From positions 213,282,001-213,346,000 of the forward strand of contig NC_086097.1 in assembly GCF_963921235.1 (NCBI RefSeq): DNA of 64,000 bases, in the 5' to 3' direction. Within the stretch, counting starts at the first letter, position 1, and every line of letters begins with the position of its first letter. Source of the DNA: Mobula hypostoma. Lineage: Eukaryota. The notes below the pieces were generated by a model. That model searched no databases, had not been told where the DNA came from, and worked only from the letters and a program-made list of their open reading frames with translations. Positions 25,370 to 37,270 of the stretch are shown here, piece after piece. A program made the translations under genes and the position numbers.

Positions 25370-25730
25370 ATGGCATCCATTATTAAGGACCTCCAGCACC
25401 CAGGGCATGCCCTTTTCTCACTGTTACCATCAGGTAGGAGGTACAGAAGCCTGAAGACACACTCAGTGACTCAGGCAGGAACAGCTTCTTCCCCTCTGCC
25501 ATCCGATTCCTAAATGGACATTCCTTGGACACTACCTCACTTTTTTTTAAAATGTATAGTACTTCTGTTTTTTGCATGTTTTTTTAAAATCTATTCAACA
25601 TAAAGTATACTGAATAAGATTTACTTATTTTGTTTTTCTATACATGTATTGCATTGAACTGCTGCTACTAAGTTAACAAATTTCACGTCACATGCTGGTG
25701 ATGATAAACCTGATTCTTGATTCTTGATTC
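25370..25730 (+). mobile_element. Rex1-like 3' fragment nested in CR1
   Basis: SIIKDLQHPGHALFSLLPSGRRYRSL; tail taaacctgattcttgattc. Confidence 0.8.
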
Positions 25731-26144
25731 TCTTCTTCCGCCTTCCCTTCTGAATCACAGAGCCAGAGACTCAACCGGTGTGACTTTCCTCTGTTAGGTC
25801 ATACCCTAACAGTATCCAAAGTGATATACCTGTTGTTGAGGGGGGTGGCCACATGTTCTCTGCACTGGCTCCTTAACCACTTTACCCTTCCTGATTGTTA
25901 TCCAGTTTCCTGTGGATATAACCCTGTCATTTCTATCACCCCTTCAGCCTCCTGAATGATCCTGAGTTCATCCAGTTCCAACTCTAATTCCTTAATGCAG
26001 ATTGCTAGGAGATGTAGCTGGTCTCCCTGCCTTCCTACATCCTGCAAGAGAAGCATTTAACTATCGTACCTGGCATGTCTGCTGAGCAAATATAAAGAAG
26101 GGAAGGGGAAAAAAACTTAACCTTGACCTTTTCTGACTGAAGCC

Positions 26145-27430
26145 TCACTCCGTTGAAGTTTGTCTCATTCATTTGTCCCTCTTTACTACACTCCAGTGTA
26201 ATTTTCCAGTGGTCTGATATCTGCTGTTGCGCCTTTTTCTCTACATATCTGAAGAGACTTTTGGTGCCCTCTTTGATATCACTGGCTAGCTTACTTTCAT
26301 ATTTCATCATTTCTGTCCTTTGGTCAGCTGATGGCACAGTGAGGTCAGCGCCGGGCTCGAGAACGGAGGTTCCCTAGTTCGATCCAGTGACAGACTGCCC
26401 CCGTGTGCGCTCTCCATCCGCGCCAGGTTGATGTCGATCTCGCAACTGGGCCTGTAAAATAATACTGTGAAATGTCTGTGTGAAGAGTGGCGCCCCACAC
26501 AGCCTTTCGAACTGCACCTTGTAAGGCATGAAAATGCCCGACACTGGCCTGTCATGTATGAGTCGATGTCGTCATCATCATCATCTCCTAATAGTTTTGC
26601 AGTTGCCTACTGTTGGTTTTAAAAGCTTCCCAGTTCCCAAACTTTTTGTTATATTATATGTCCTCTTGATTTTCCCAGTCTGCCTGCATATTGAAATCCC
26701 TCATGAGCATCATAACATTGCTGTTTTTACACACCTTTTCTGCCTCGCATTTTAATTTATATCCCACATTCTGACTACTGTTTAGAGGCCACTATATAAC
26801 TGCTATCAGTCTTTTTACCCTTGCAGTTTCTTAACTCTGCCCACAAGGATTCTACATCATCTGATCCTATGTCACCTCTTTCAAAAGATTTGGTTTCATT
26901 TTTTACCAACAGAGCCATACCACCCCCTCTGCCTCCCTACCTTTGCGATGCAATTTGTATTCTTGGATGTTAAGCTCCCAACTACGATCTTTCAGCCACG
27001 ATTCAGTGATGCTCACAACAACATAACTACCAATCCCTAACTGTGCTATATGGTCATCTACTTTATTCCATATACTACATATATTCAAATATGACACCTT
27101 CATCATCCTTTTTGATTTTTCTCTCCATGCTACACTTCAGCTCATCAACTGACTGCAATTTAGCCCTATCATCTGTCTGTCCTTCCTTAGTCTCATTAAA
27201 CATTGCATTTATTTGTAAACCAACTCCTCCATTGTAAGCTCTATCACACTGGCTCTCATCCCCCTGCCAAATTAATCTCTCCCCAGCAGTTGACCTGTTT
27301 ACAACTATTTTGTACCCCCTCTGGTTCAAGTGTAATAGGTCATACCTCTCCCAGAAGAGATCCCAGTGATCCAGAAATCTGAAACCCTGTGCCCTGTATC
27401 AGTTCCTCAGCCTTCATCTGTACTATTATT
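26145..27430 (-). mobile_element. second degraded CR1 fragment (EN region)
   Basis: YLNICSIWNK...ITESWLK. Confidence 0.75.
26322..26584 (+). mobile_element. tRNA-derived SINE with a (CAT)n tail
   Basis: A box TGGCACAGTGAGG, B box AGTTCGATCC; tail gtcgtcatcatcatcat. Confidence 0.75.
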
Positions 27431-27969
27431 CTACTTCTATCCTGACGAACACGTGTTGCTGTTCCATATTTTAAGGAACTCTTATCAATAAAATGTGTTC
27501 ATGGAACTGGTTTATTGTGAAGGAAATTTGTTACGCTTAACTTATGTGGTTGTCAGCTGCTCTCTGAAATGGCCTATCGAGCAGTATGTAACAATCTTTC
27601 CTGTAGTTTCTTTCTTTTCTTTTTAAATCTTTTTATTGAGTAAGTATACAAAAAAGGTAAGCCATATAAACATTAATACAATGTTAAAGTATAATAAAAT
27701 TCCAAAAGATAACAATACCAAAAAGAAAATACTACAAACAATGTAATTTAAGCATAAGAAACCAAGATAACATAATAGTATACTAGATTTTATATATATC
27801 AATGGAAAAAAAAGAAAAAAAAACCCCAAAAAAAAAACCCACCGTGCAACTAACTAAAAGCAAAGCAAAGCAATGGGCTAACTTGAAACCAAACAGAGTT
27901 AAACTTAAAATCACGTCCTCAATCCCGACCTCCATTAAAACAGTGAAGAAAAAACAAGAAGGGTAAATA

Positions 27970-30900
27970 TTACATTAAATGAAAATATCGAATAAAAGGT
28001 CCCCAAATCTGTTCAAATTTAAATGAAGAATCATAAAGGTTACTTCTAATTTTCTCCAGATTCAAACATAAAATCGTCTGAGAAAACCAAAAAAAGGTAG
28101 TTGGAGCATTAAGCTCTTTCCAATGTTGTAAAATACATCTTTTCGCCATTAAAGTAAGAAATGCAATCATTCTACGGGCTGAAGGGGAAAGATTACTAGA
28201 AATTTTAGGTAGTCCAAAGATAGCAGTAATAGGGTGAGGAGAGATATCTATATTTAATACCTTAGAAATAATATTGAAAATATCTCTCCAAAAAGTTTCC
28301 AAAGTAGGGCAAGACCAAAACATATGAGTTAAAGAGGCTATCTGCCCCGAACATCTATCACAGAAAGGATTAATATGCGAGTAAAAACGCGCTAACTTAT
28401 CTTTGGACATATGTGCTCTATGAACCACTTTAAATTGAATTAGGGAATGTTTAGCACAAATAGAGGAAGTATTAACTAATTGTAAAATCTGCCCCCAATC
28501 ATCCACAGAAATGGTATGCCCCAATTCCTGTTCCCAATCTACCCTAATCTTATCAAATGGAGCTTTCCTAAGTTTCATAATAATATTATAAATCATAGCC
28601 GATGCACCTTTCTGACATGGATTAAGGTTAATTATCGAATCTAAAATATATATAGGAGGAAGCATTGGAAAGGAAGAAAGTATAGTACTTAGGAAATTTC
28701 TAACTTGTAAATATCTAAAAAAATGTATTCTTGATAAGTTATATTTATTAGATAATTGTTCAAAAGACATAAGGGAACCATCTAAAAATAAATCCAAAAA
28801 CCGTAAAATACCCTTAGTCTTCCAAGTTTGAAAAGCGCGATCCGTAAAAGAGGGAGGAAAAAATATGTTACCTAAAATAGGAATCGCTAACCCGAATTGA
28901 TTAAGATCAAAAAATTTTCTGAATTGAAACCAAATGCGCAAAGCATATTTAACTATCGGGTTAGAGACCTGCTTAAGGCGTTTCGAATCAAAAGGAAGAG
29001 AGGAACCTAAAATAGAACCAAGTGTATAACCCTGAACAGATTGTAATTCCAATGCTACCCATTTAGGAATAGATAGTATGTCCCGGTCAAGTAACCAAAA
29101 TTTCATATGTCGAATATTAATAGCCCAATAATAAAATCTAAAGTTAGGTAATGCTAAACCTCCATCTCTCTTAGCTTTCTGTAAATGTATTTTACCCAGT
29201 CTCGGATTCTTATTCTGCCAAATAAATGAAGAAATTTTAGAGTCAACTTTATCAAAAAAAGATTTAGGAACGAAAATTGGTAATGCCTGAAACACATATA
29301 AAAATTTTGGCAAAAAAAACATCTTAACTGCATTAATACGACCAATCAAAGTTAAATATAAGGGAAACCATTTAGATGAAAGTTGAGTAATATGGTCTAT
29401 TAATGGTAAAAAGTTAGTCTTAAATAAATCTTTATGTTTACAAGTAATTTTAATCCCAAGATATGAAAAGTAATTATTAATCAATTTAAATGGAAATTTA
29501 TAATATAAGGGAAGATGTTTATTAATCGGAAAAAGTTCACTCTTACTAAGATTTAATTTATAACCCGAGAAAAGACCAAATTGTGCTAATAACTCTAAAA
29601 CAGCAGGAATGGATCTCTCAGGATTAGAAATATATAAAAGTAAATCATCAGCATAGAGTGATAATTTATGGGACTTTAATCCCCGAGTTATCCCAGTAAT
29701 ATTTGAAGATTCTCGAATAGCAATTGCAAGAGGTTCTAATGCAATATCAAATAATAGGGGACTAAGAGGACAGCCTTGTCGAGTACCACGAAAGAGAGGA
29801 AAAAAAGGTGAGTTTAAGGAGTTAGTACGAACCGAGGCTACAGGGGAGTGATATAACAGTTTAATCCAGGATATAAATTTCAAGCTAAAATTAAACATTT
29901 CAAGCACCTTAAATAAATAAGGCCATTCTACTCTATCAAAAGCTTTCTCGGCATCTAAAGAAATAACACACTCAGGAACATTTTGTGAGGGAGTATAAAC
30001 GATATTTAACAATGTACGAATATTATAAAAAGAGTAACGACCTTTAATAAAACCCGTTTGGTCTTCCGAAATAATAGAAGGAAGTACTTTTTCTAGTCTA
30101 TTTGCTAATAACTTAGAAAAAACTTTAGAATCAACATTTAATAAAGATATTGGTCTATAAGATGCACATTGAGCAGGGTCTTTATCCTTCTTTAGTATTA
30201 AAGAAATTGATGCTCTATTAAAAGATTCCGGAAGTTTACCAAGTTTCAAAGAAGCCTCAAAAACCTTATAGAGCCAAGGAATCAATAAAGAAGCAAAACA
30301 TTTATAAAATTCAACGGTAAACCCATCAGGGCCAGGAGCTTTCCCCAGATTCATAGAAAAAATAACATTCTTAATCTCATCCATTGTAATGGAAGTATCT
30401 AATAAAGAAGACATATCCTGTGAAATCTGAGGGAAGTCTAACTTATCTAAAAAATCATTCATATATTTAGAATCTCGAGGAGACTCTGATTGATATAAAG
30501 AAGAATAAAAATCACAAAAGGTTTGATTAATCCCCACATGATCCAATATCAATCGATCATTTTGGTTATAAATCTGATTGATTTGAGATTTAACATAATT
30601 AGATTTCAATTGATTAGCCAGCAGCTTGCCAATTTTATCACTGTGAACATAAAAATCACTTCTTGTTTTCTTTAATTGGTTTACAATCGAGGACGAGAGT
30701 AGTAAACTGTGTTCCATTTGAAGTTCAGTTCTTTGTTTGTATAGCTCCTCAGAAGGAGCCATAACATATTTCTTATCAATTTCTTTAATCTTGTCCACAA
30801 TTGCCATCTCCTCCTGCTTCTGTTTCTTCCTCAAAGCAACGGAATACGAAATAATCTGACCCCGAATATAGGCTTTAAAAGTGTCCCAAAGAGTGTTAAC

Positions 30901-31746
30901 CGAAATATCTTCTGTATGGTTAATTGTAAAAAAAAGCTCAATCTGTTCATTCATAAAATTAACAAAGTCCGAGTCCTGAAGCAACAGCGAATTAAAACGC
31001 CATTGTCTATTGTTTGGTATATTGGCCATAATTTTAATAGAAAGCTTAAGTGGAGCATGATCCGAAATGGTTATAGAATCATAATCACATTTAATCACTG
31101 AAGGAATGAGACGAGAATCAATGAAAAAATAATCAATTCTTGAATAGGAATGATGAACATGTGAAAAGAAGGAAAAATCTTTTTCCTGAGGATGCAGAAA
31201 ACGCCAAATGTCCGTCGACCCAGAATCAGAAAGGAAAAAATTAATCAAATTTGCAGATTTATTAGGTAAAGTCCGTAAAGGAGCCGAACGGTCCAAAGCT
31301 GGAGATAAACAGGTATTAAGATCTCCGCCCCAAATCAATGAAAACTCGTTCAAATTCGGAAACTGATCAAACAATGATTTATAAAATTCCGGACAATCCA
31401 TATTAGGAGCATAAACATTAACCAAAACTACTTTTTTATTAAATAGTAAACCACTAACCAATAAAAATCTACCATTCGGATCAGAGATAATATCCTGTTG
31501 TATAAAAGTAACTGAGGAGTCTATAAAAATAGAGACGCCTCGAATCTTAGCATTGGAGTTCGAATGAAATTGTTGTCCCTTCCAGAATTTGAAAAAACGT
31601 AGTCTGTCCCCCCTCCGTACATGGGTCTCTTGTAAAAATAAAATTTGTGCTTTAAGTCTCCGGAACACTTTAAAAACTTTTTTCCTTTTAATAGGATGAT
31701 TAAGACCATTAGTATTCCAGGAGACAAAATTAATAATAGACTCCAT
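27970..31746 (-). CDS. L1 ORF2p: APE endonuclease + reverse transcriptase + CCHC (1258 aa)
   Basis: SWNTNGL, LQETH, GGDLN, SDHAP; LDAEKAFDRV, RQGCPLSP, YADD; CDRC...HMFWSC; first ATG at 31746. Confidence 0.96.
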   Translation of the reverse strand: MESIINFVSWNTNGLNHPIKRKKVFKVFRRLKAQILFLQETHVRRGDRLRFFKFWKGQQFHSNSNAKIRGVSIFIDSSVTFIQQDIISDPNGRFLLVSGLLFNKKVVLVNVYAPNMDCPEFYKSLFDQFPNLNEFSLIWGGDLNTCLSPALDRSAPLRTLPNKSANLINFFLSDSGSTDIWRFLHPQEKDFSFFSHVHHSYSRIDYFFIDSRLIPSVIKCDYDSITISDHAPLKLSIKIMANIPNNRQWRFNSLLLQDSDFVNFMNEQIELFFTINHTEDISVNTLWDTFKAYIRGQIISYSVALRKKQKQEEMAIVDKIKEIDKKYVMAPSEELYKQRTELQMEHSLLLSSSIVNQLKKTRSDFYVHSDKIGKLLANQLKSNYVKSQINQIYNQNDRLILDHVGINQTFCDFYSSLYQSESPRDSKYMNDFLDKLDFPQISQDMSSLLDTSITMDEIKNVIFSMNLGKAPGPDGFTVEFYKCFASLLIPWLYKVFEASLKLGKLPESFNRASISLILKKDKDPAQCASYRPISLLNVDSKVFSKLLANRLEKVLPSIISEDQTGFIKGRYSFYNIRTLLNIVYTPSQNVPECVISLDAEKAFDRVEWPYLFKVLEMFNFSLKFISWIKLLYHSPVASVRTNSLNSPFFPLFRGTRQGCPLSPLLFDIALEPLAIAIRESSNITGITRGLKSHKLSLYADDLLLYISNPERSIPAVLELLAQFGLFSGYKLNLSKSELFPINKHLPLYYKFPFKLINNYFSYLGIKITCKHKDLFKTNFLPLIDHITQLSSKWFPLYLTLIGRINAVKMFFLPKFLYVFQALPIFVPKSFFDKVDSKISSFIWQNKNPRLGKIHLQKAKRDGGLALPNFRFYYWAINIRHMKFWLLDRDILSIPKWVALELQSVQGYTLGSILGSSLPFDSKRLKQVSNPIVKYALRIWFQFRKFFDLNQFGLAIPILGNIFFPPSFTDRAFQTWKTKGILRFLDLFLDGSLMSFEQLSNKYNLSRIHFFRYLQVRNFLSTILSSFPMLPPIYILDSIINLNPCQKGASAMIYNIIMKLRKAPFDKIRVDWEQELGHTISVDDWGQILQLVNTSSICAKHSLIQFKVVHRAHMSKDKLARFYSHINPFCDRCSGQIASLTHMFWSCPTLETFWRDIFNIISKVLNIDISPHPITAIFGLPKISSNLSPSARRMIAFLTLMAKRCILQHWKELNAPTTFFWFSQTILCLNLEKIRSNLYDSSFKFEQIWGPFIRYFHLM

Positions 31747-32468
31747 AAATCCTAAAGTCAACCCACAACAAGGAGGATTGACAATAGGCGCGACCCACAA
31801 ACCCGGAGAGGAAACAGAACATACAAAAGATACCGGGGAAAAGGACGCAACCAATACTTCAATAATGTATATAGCCCAAAGAGAAACAAACTAAAACGTG
31901 AAGCCCCTCCCACCACCCCCCACCCCAAGACCCCAAGGCGAAATCTAAAGCAGACCCGCCAGAAAGAAGCAAGCGCTAAAACTACCCCCATGACTTCCGG
32001 TATACGCTCCCTAAAAAAAAGGTATAAATATGAAAAGGATCAGCTAATTGTAAAACAGTAAAAAAATAAGTAAAAAAAAGTTAGCTCAATTAAAATACAC
32101 ACAGAACAGAACAAAAGCCGGAAAGTATATATTAAAAAAAAAACCACAATAAACCTCAAACTCATGAATAGACACAGCAACAAAAAAAATAGGATTATTA
32201 ACATAAAATGATTATAAAAAGCAAAACAGAATAAAATTTTTAAAAAAACTACAAAATTTAAGGCCGCACAGGAAATACGTAAGATGACAAAAGGGAAGTA
32301 ACCACCCAGAATCCCCTGGGAAAAGAAAGAAATGACGCAGTTAAAAAGAAAGTTTAGCAGCCATATTAAGAAATCGAAAGTAAACTTTTCTGCCCAAATA
32401 GGGCACAGAAAAGTTAAAACCAACCAATTCACAGCCTCCGATCAACGGAGAAAATTAAAAAAAGGCAA

Positions 32469-33368
32469 TTAAGATGTTGAAGATGAAAGTTGATCCAGAT
32501 AACTCTGGGCATCCGATGGAGAATCAAAAAAACGAAGGGCTCCATCTAACATGCGAATCCTTAGACGTGCAGGGTACAGCAGCGCTGGTCTTAAATCCAT
32601 CTTATAGAATTCCGACATCACGGATCTGTAACGGACCCGTTGGTCCCAGATTGGTTTACTGAAATCTTCCACGAATCGGAACTTAAGATCCGAAAAATCA
32701 ATGAAACCTTTAGATCGAGCGAATCGAAACAGTCTCTCCTTGTCTTGAAAGTAATGAAAACGTAAGATAACATGCCTAGGTCTATCTGACCTAGACGAGT
32801 ATGATGGGATTCTGTGAACACGATCCAGTAGCGGTGGTTGGTCAGGAAATACAGTAGGGAATGCATCTTTTAAAAGTTGGGAGAAATATTTCATAGGGTT
32901 GTTAGCTTCCACGGCTTCCCTGACGCCAATCATTCGTAAATTCTGCCGTCGCATTCTAGATTCCAAGTCAGAGTTTTTAAAAGTCAAAAAGTCAAGTTTC
33001 TTCTTCATTACATTAATTGTTTCTTCGATTTTCCCCATCTTAAGCTCACTTTGTTGCGCGGATTTTTGAAGATCAGATATAGCCGACTGATGTTCCGCAA
33101 TACATGTTTGCATCTTATCAATTAAATCGGCAATTTTCTGGAACTTAGTTGAGATTTCCGTATGAATCAGGTCTTTAACAAAGCCCACAATTTCTGTACG
33201 AATCATCTCCCTAACAGAGGTTGAAATTTCCCTCTGAATTATCTCCGATATCGCTTTCAAAGTCACCGGTGATTCAGTCGGAGGGAGATCCGTAGCTTTC
33301 GGTTTAACCGGAGGTTTACCATCCTTGCCGTCTTTCCCGTTCTTAGACATAGCCGATCTCAGTATCAT
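32469..33368 (-). CDS. L1 ORF1p (coiled coil + RRM + CTD, 299 aa)
   Basis: DLESRMRRQNLRMIGVRE, LDRVHRI, RPRHVILRF, LYPARLRI. Confidence 0.93.
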   Translation of the reverse strand: MILRSAMSKNGKDGKDGKPPVKPKATDLPPTESPVTLKAISEIIQREISTSVREMIRTEIVGFVKDLIHTEISTKFQKIADLIDKMQTCIAEHQSAISDLQKSAQQSELKMGKIEETINVMKKKLDFLTFKNSDLESRMRRQNLRMIGVREAVEANNPMKYFSQLLKDAFPTVFPDQPPLLDRVHRIPSYSSRSDRPRHVILRFHYFQDKERLFRFARSKGFIDFSDLKFRFVEDFSKPIWDQRVRYRSVMSEFYKMDLRPALLYPARLRIRMLDGALRFFDSPSDAQSYLDQLSSSTS

Positions 33369-33594
33369 CCAATTGTCAGAGAATTCAGTTTAATTCAAAG
33401 TATTGTAAAAATTGATGCCTTAATAGTTAATTAAAGTATAGCTGACCATAGAGAGAAAAAACTCAGAGGTAATGGAGCGAGTCAAGAACGCGACTTCACT
33501 CCATGAGCGCTACCGGAAGTCTCCCCTCTTTCCTGTAGTTTCAATAGTTTTTCTCCTTAGAGCTGGTATATAGACAAACCTTTCTACTCCACCT

Positions 33595-34390
33595 AATTAA
33601 AATTCAAATAACATTTGTTTTCAAAGAATGTATAAATTGTAGACCTTGAAATGTGTCTGCTTACAGACAGCCAAAAAGCAAGAGACCCGGATAACCCATT
33701 TAAAAAAAAAGGCCAAAAACCACTGCGCAGCAAAAGAAAGAGGGAAATAAAACATGCATCATGCAAACAATAGAAGCAAGCCAACAGCATCCCGAGCCAG
33801 GCTGAGTCCCGGATCTGCTCTCGGAGTAGTCTGAAAGCCTCAGTCACCAGTTTATCACACTAGTGGGGCAGAAACGCACTGCAGACAGATCAGTTCAGAG
33901 CCTCGGTGCCACAAAGAAAGGAATAATCATTCACGGGACAGTGAGTGAAATCAGCCTGATCCTCACCTCCGTACTTGACATTCAGGCTTCCAATCTATCT
34001 GGGCTGGCATTTAAATTGTCCAAGCAGCGAGTAGTACCATGTTCTGGGACCCAGATTCCCAGCACCCCAATACATCTGAGCTGCCCAGCCTGAAGCCGTT
34101 CTTGATCTCACCAAATCGGCTCGGCACTTGAAATGATCCAATTTTGCACCTGGGTTAAGTGAATGGGCATTTAAACTCTTCTGCATCGACTCCTGTCCAA
34201 AACACTCACTCCATCTTCAACAGCCATACGAACTCTGTCTGAAACCGTGGTGGCTTGAATACAATGCCCCATCTCAGCTCATCCCTAAACCGATCTTGCT
34301 TCTGCCTGCCTTCTCACTGTCTGTGGTGATGGTTCACCATAGTTTCTTCAGAAAAGATGTTATAAGTAATGTTCTTAGTTGAATCTTTTG
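33595..34390 (-). mobile_element. non-autonomous LINE-tailed repeat
   Basis: 3' end aacaaatgttatttgaatttt similar in style to 13831-14635; no clear ORF. Confidence 0.45.
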
Positions 34391-34434
34391 CCGTTGCACA
34401 TCTTAAACTGGAAAAGAGGAGAATCTTGGCCTTG

Positions 34435-34622
34435 CAACACACACAAAATGCTGGAGGAACTCAGCAGGCCAGGCAGCATCTATGGAAAAGAGTAAACAGT
34501 CAGTGTTTCAGGCTGTTGACTGTACTCTTTTCTATAGATGCTGCCTGGTCTGTTGAGTTCCTCCAGCATTTTATATATGTTGCTTGGATTTCCAGCTTCT
34601 GCAGATTCTCTCTTGTTTGTGA
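34435..34622. repeat. Penelope-derived hairpin element
   Basis: Inverted arms aaatgctggaggaactcagcaggccaggcagcatctat/atagatgctgcctggtctgttgagttcctccagcattt. Confidence 0.8.
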
Positions 34623-34934
34623 ATCTTGGCCTTTCTTGCTCTGTACTTGACTGCCTGTTTATGTACCTCTCCACCACCTAGTTTTCTCCAGTCTTTTTTT
34701 TGGTGAACTTCTGTTAGAAATGGTAGTTTCAGCCAGGAGAGAGAAGATTCAGTTTGGAAATCCATTATCAGTATGGTGTCAAGAAAATGACAATAAGAAT
34801 AAACATTCTTGAAGTTAAAATTTATAATAAAATTTTACTTTTAAATAGTATGTTTCCCAGGAAAGGCATATTTGTAAACCATATGTTAAACCATTTTTGC
34901 TTTAAAAACTTGTTTTCGAAATCTTTTTCTCTAG

Positions 34935-35017
34935 GCTGGTCAGGAGTCTTTCCGTTCTATCACAAGATCTTACTATAGAGGAGCTGCTGGTGCCTTGCTA
35001 GTTTATGACATCACAAG
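34935..35017 (+). CDS. RAB2A: Rab2 coding exon 4 (AGQESFRSITRSYYRGAAGALLVYDITR)
   Basis: ctctag acceptor, gtaatt donor; 83 bp; switch II region. Confidence 0.95.
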
Positions 35018-35399
35018 GTAATTTACAGACTTGGTTTTTTTGTTCATGTGTTCTAATAGTATTTTGTCTTTTTCTTTACATTTGAGACACTTGAGAGTTG
35101 AAATTGTGTAAATTATTTAAAGAAAATGTGCAGAACAATTTGAATCTGCAGTTAAAAGTAATTTCTTTATTTACATTAACAAAAAGTAGTTTTTAATTGG
35201 ATAGTCTTGCATTTCCATCTGATTTATTTCTCACTGCATTGAATTTCTTTCACCCATTTAAAAGAAAAATTAAGTTACTTAAATACAGGAGTTGCAGTTA
35301 AATTGGAGATGATAGTTTGCTATTTGGAACATTTCTGTTAGGAGATTAGTAGTATCAGCTCATTACTGATATTATTAAAGCCTACCTTTGGCAATCTCC

Positions 35400-35900
35400 C
35401 AGCAGGAATTTATTGAAACCATGAGGAGAATTCTTAATAATATCCTGCACGTTTCTGATTCGTAAAGAGCATAGCCCACAAACTGAGTGGAAAAACTTTG
35501 CTGACTGGCTCAACCAAGCCTTTCATAATAGCTGGGACTAATGACCTATTATTGGAAAACACGTGTCTGTATATCTCTCAAATATTCCATCAAAATATTC
35601 AAAAAATTAAAGACAAACTCAGAACTTAAAAAATTTATGTTAGTTCAAAATATTTAATGCCTATTTGAGATTTGGAAATATTTTTTGTAAATATTAATGT
35701 TATCTCTAAGATCTTTAAATGGTCAATTCTTGCTTGAGGCTCTTATAACCATTCCCCTCTTTAATTGAAGATGGGAATAATCCAAATACCTCTTTGGATA
35801 TGGTGCAAGTTTCTCCAGTAAGTGATGCTTATGGGTTGCTTGAGTACTAAAAGGACATAATCAGTATAAACACTGAGAAGCTTTTGTGGCAATTAAACAG
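35400..35900 (-). pseudogene. EVE-D: candidate Tymovirales-like methyltransferase C-terminal fragment
   Basis: ASLTGETCTISKEVFGLFP, GNGY/EPQARIDHLKILEI, EIYRHVFSNNRSL...GLV...LWAML in tymoviral order. Confidence 0.45.
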
Positions 35901-36718
35901 ATATGGCAAATGGTACAGATAATTGTTTCAATTAGAATGACGTAATGTAGCTGAATGATTTTATGAAGATAGACCATACCAGTGAAAGCTTTTTGATAGG
36001 ATAATGAATGAGAGCGAGAATGAATTGGGTTTATTATCACTGACATGCGATGAAATTTGTTTTGTGGCAGCAATACTTTGCCAGTCTTAAAATTGGCATT
36101 AATTTACAATAACAAGTAAATAGTGCAAAGGAAGAATAGTGAGGTAGTGTTCATGGACCTTTCAGAAATCTGTTGGCAGTATGGAAGAAGCTGTTCTGAA
36201 ACATTGTGTGGGTTCAGAGGTAACTAGAGATAAAAATTAGTTTTTATATTGGAGGGATATGTGACTGCAGATCATGTCTGCACAGAACATGACATGGTTT
36301 TGTCTATTATTTGAAGCTAACCTGGTGATCTTTGTGGTTGAAGATGGTAGCATAGAAGTAAAGCTTGATCAAATATATGAAGGCTGACCATTTGCTTGCA
36401 GGTGGCACATCATCATGACACTGAACTGGTCTTTAAAACCTGAGCACTGCTGAGATCATTGTTGGCGATCTCTTGATTATTTCAATACACGTAGTTTTAA
36501 ATTGTAAAGTGCCATCAAAGGGTAGGGTGAAGATTTTAGAGGTGTGGTAGGGTACTGTTGTAGGCTGCAGGAAAAAGCAGTGGATGATTATCATTGCCAA
36601 GTTGAATCAATGAAGGATAATGTTTTAAGATTGAAACCTTGCTTGATGCCATTAAACATTAAGCAAATATTCCTGTTTAAATGGAATGTAAGTCAGATTG
36701 AAGTAATGTAAAAATTGA

Positions 36719-36967
<249 letters not shown>

Positions 36968-37270
36968 TAAATTTTTAACACATTGTGCCATTTTTTAAAA
37001 AAATGCTTTTTTGTTTAGATCCATAATAAACATTAAGGAACAATACTAAGAATAGTTGCTGTCACAGTTATGTATACCAAACATTGCATTTTTGCACTGC
37101 GAAAGTATTCTTTATTAGGAATGATCTAGAAGAAAATTAGAATGCTGAAGGCAGAAATTATATTCATTGAAAGCATGTCCCCACAAAGTATCTTGATTTT
37201 TAACCATTAATTTTGATAGTTGATTTGCTCTACTTAATGCTTTGAAGTATATTGTAATTACTACATTAGA

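Larger units (their letters stand above)
21433..26140 (-). mobile_element. near full-length degraded CR1 (ORF1 with SGNH esterase, ORF2 EN+RT) with nested insertions
   Basis: ORF1 SGLLPVPRASEAR...WLRSWCRREG; EN YLNVHSIRSK and GVVYRPPNS; RT DKSPRPDGVHPRILKE and LERVQRRFTKMIPG. Confidence 0.85.
27611..33526 (-). mobile_element. full-length intact L1 retrotransposon (5916 bp)
   Basis: Perfect 16-bp TSD TCTTTCCTGTAGTTTC (27595-27610 and 33527-33542); AATAAA plus an A-rich tail; two open ORFs. Confidence 0.97.

Noticed and set aside
31747..31854. N-terminal extension of L1 ORF2 from a TTG start
   Set aside because: No homology; the endonuclease domain starts right after the ATG at 31746
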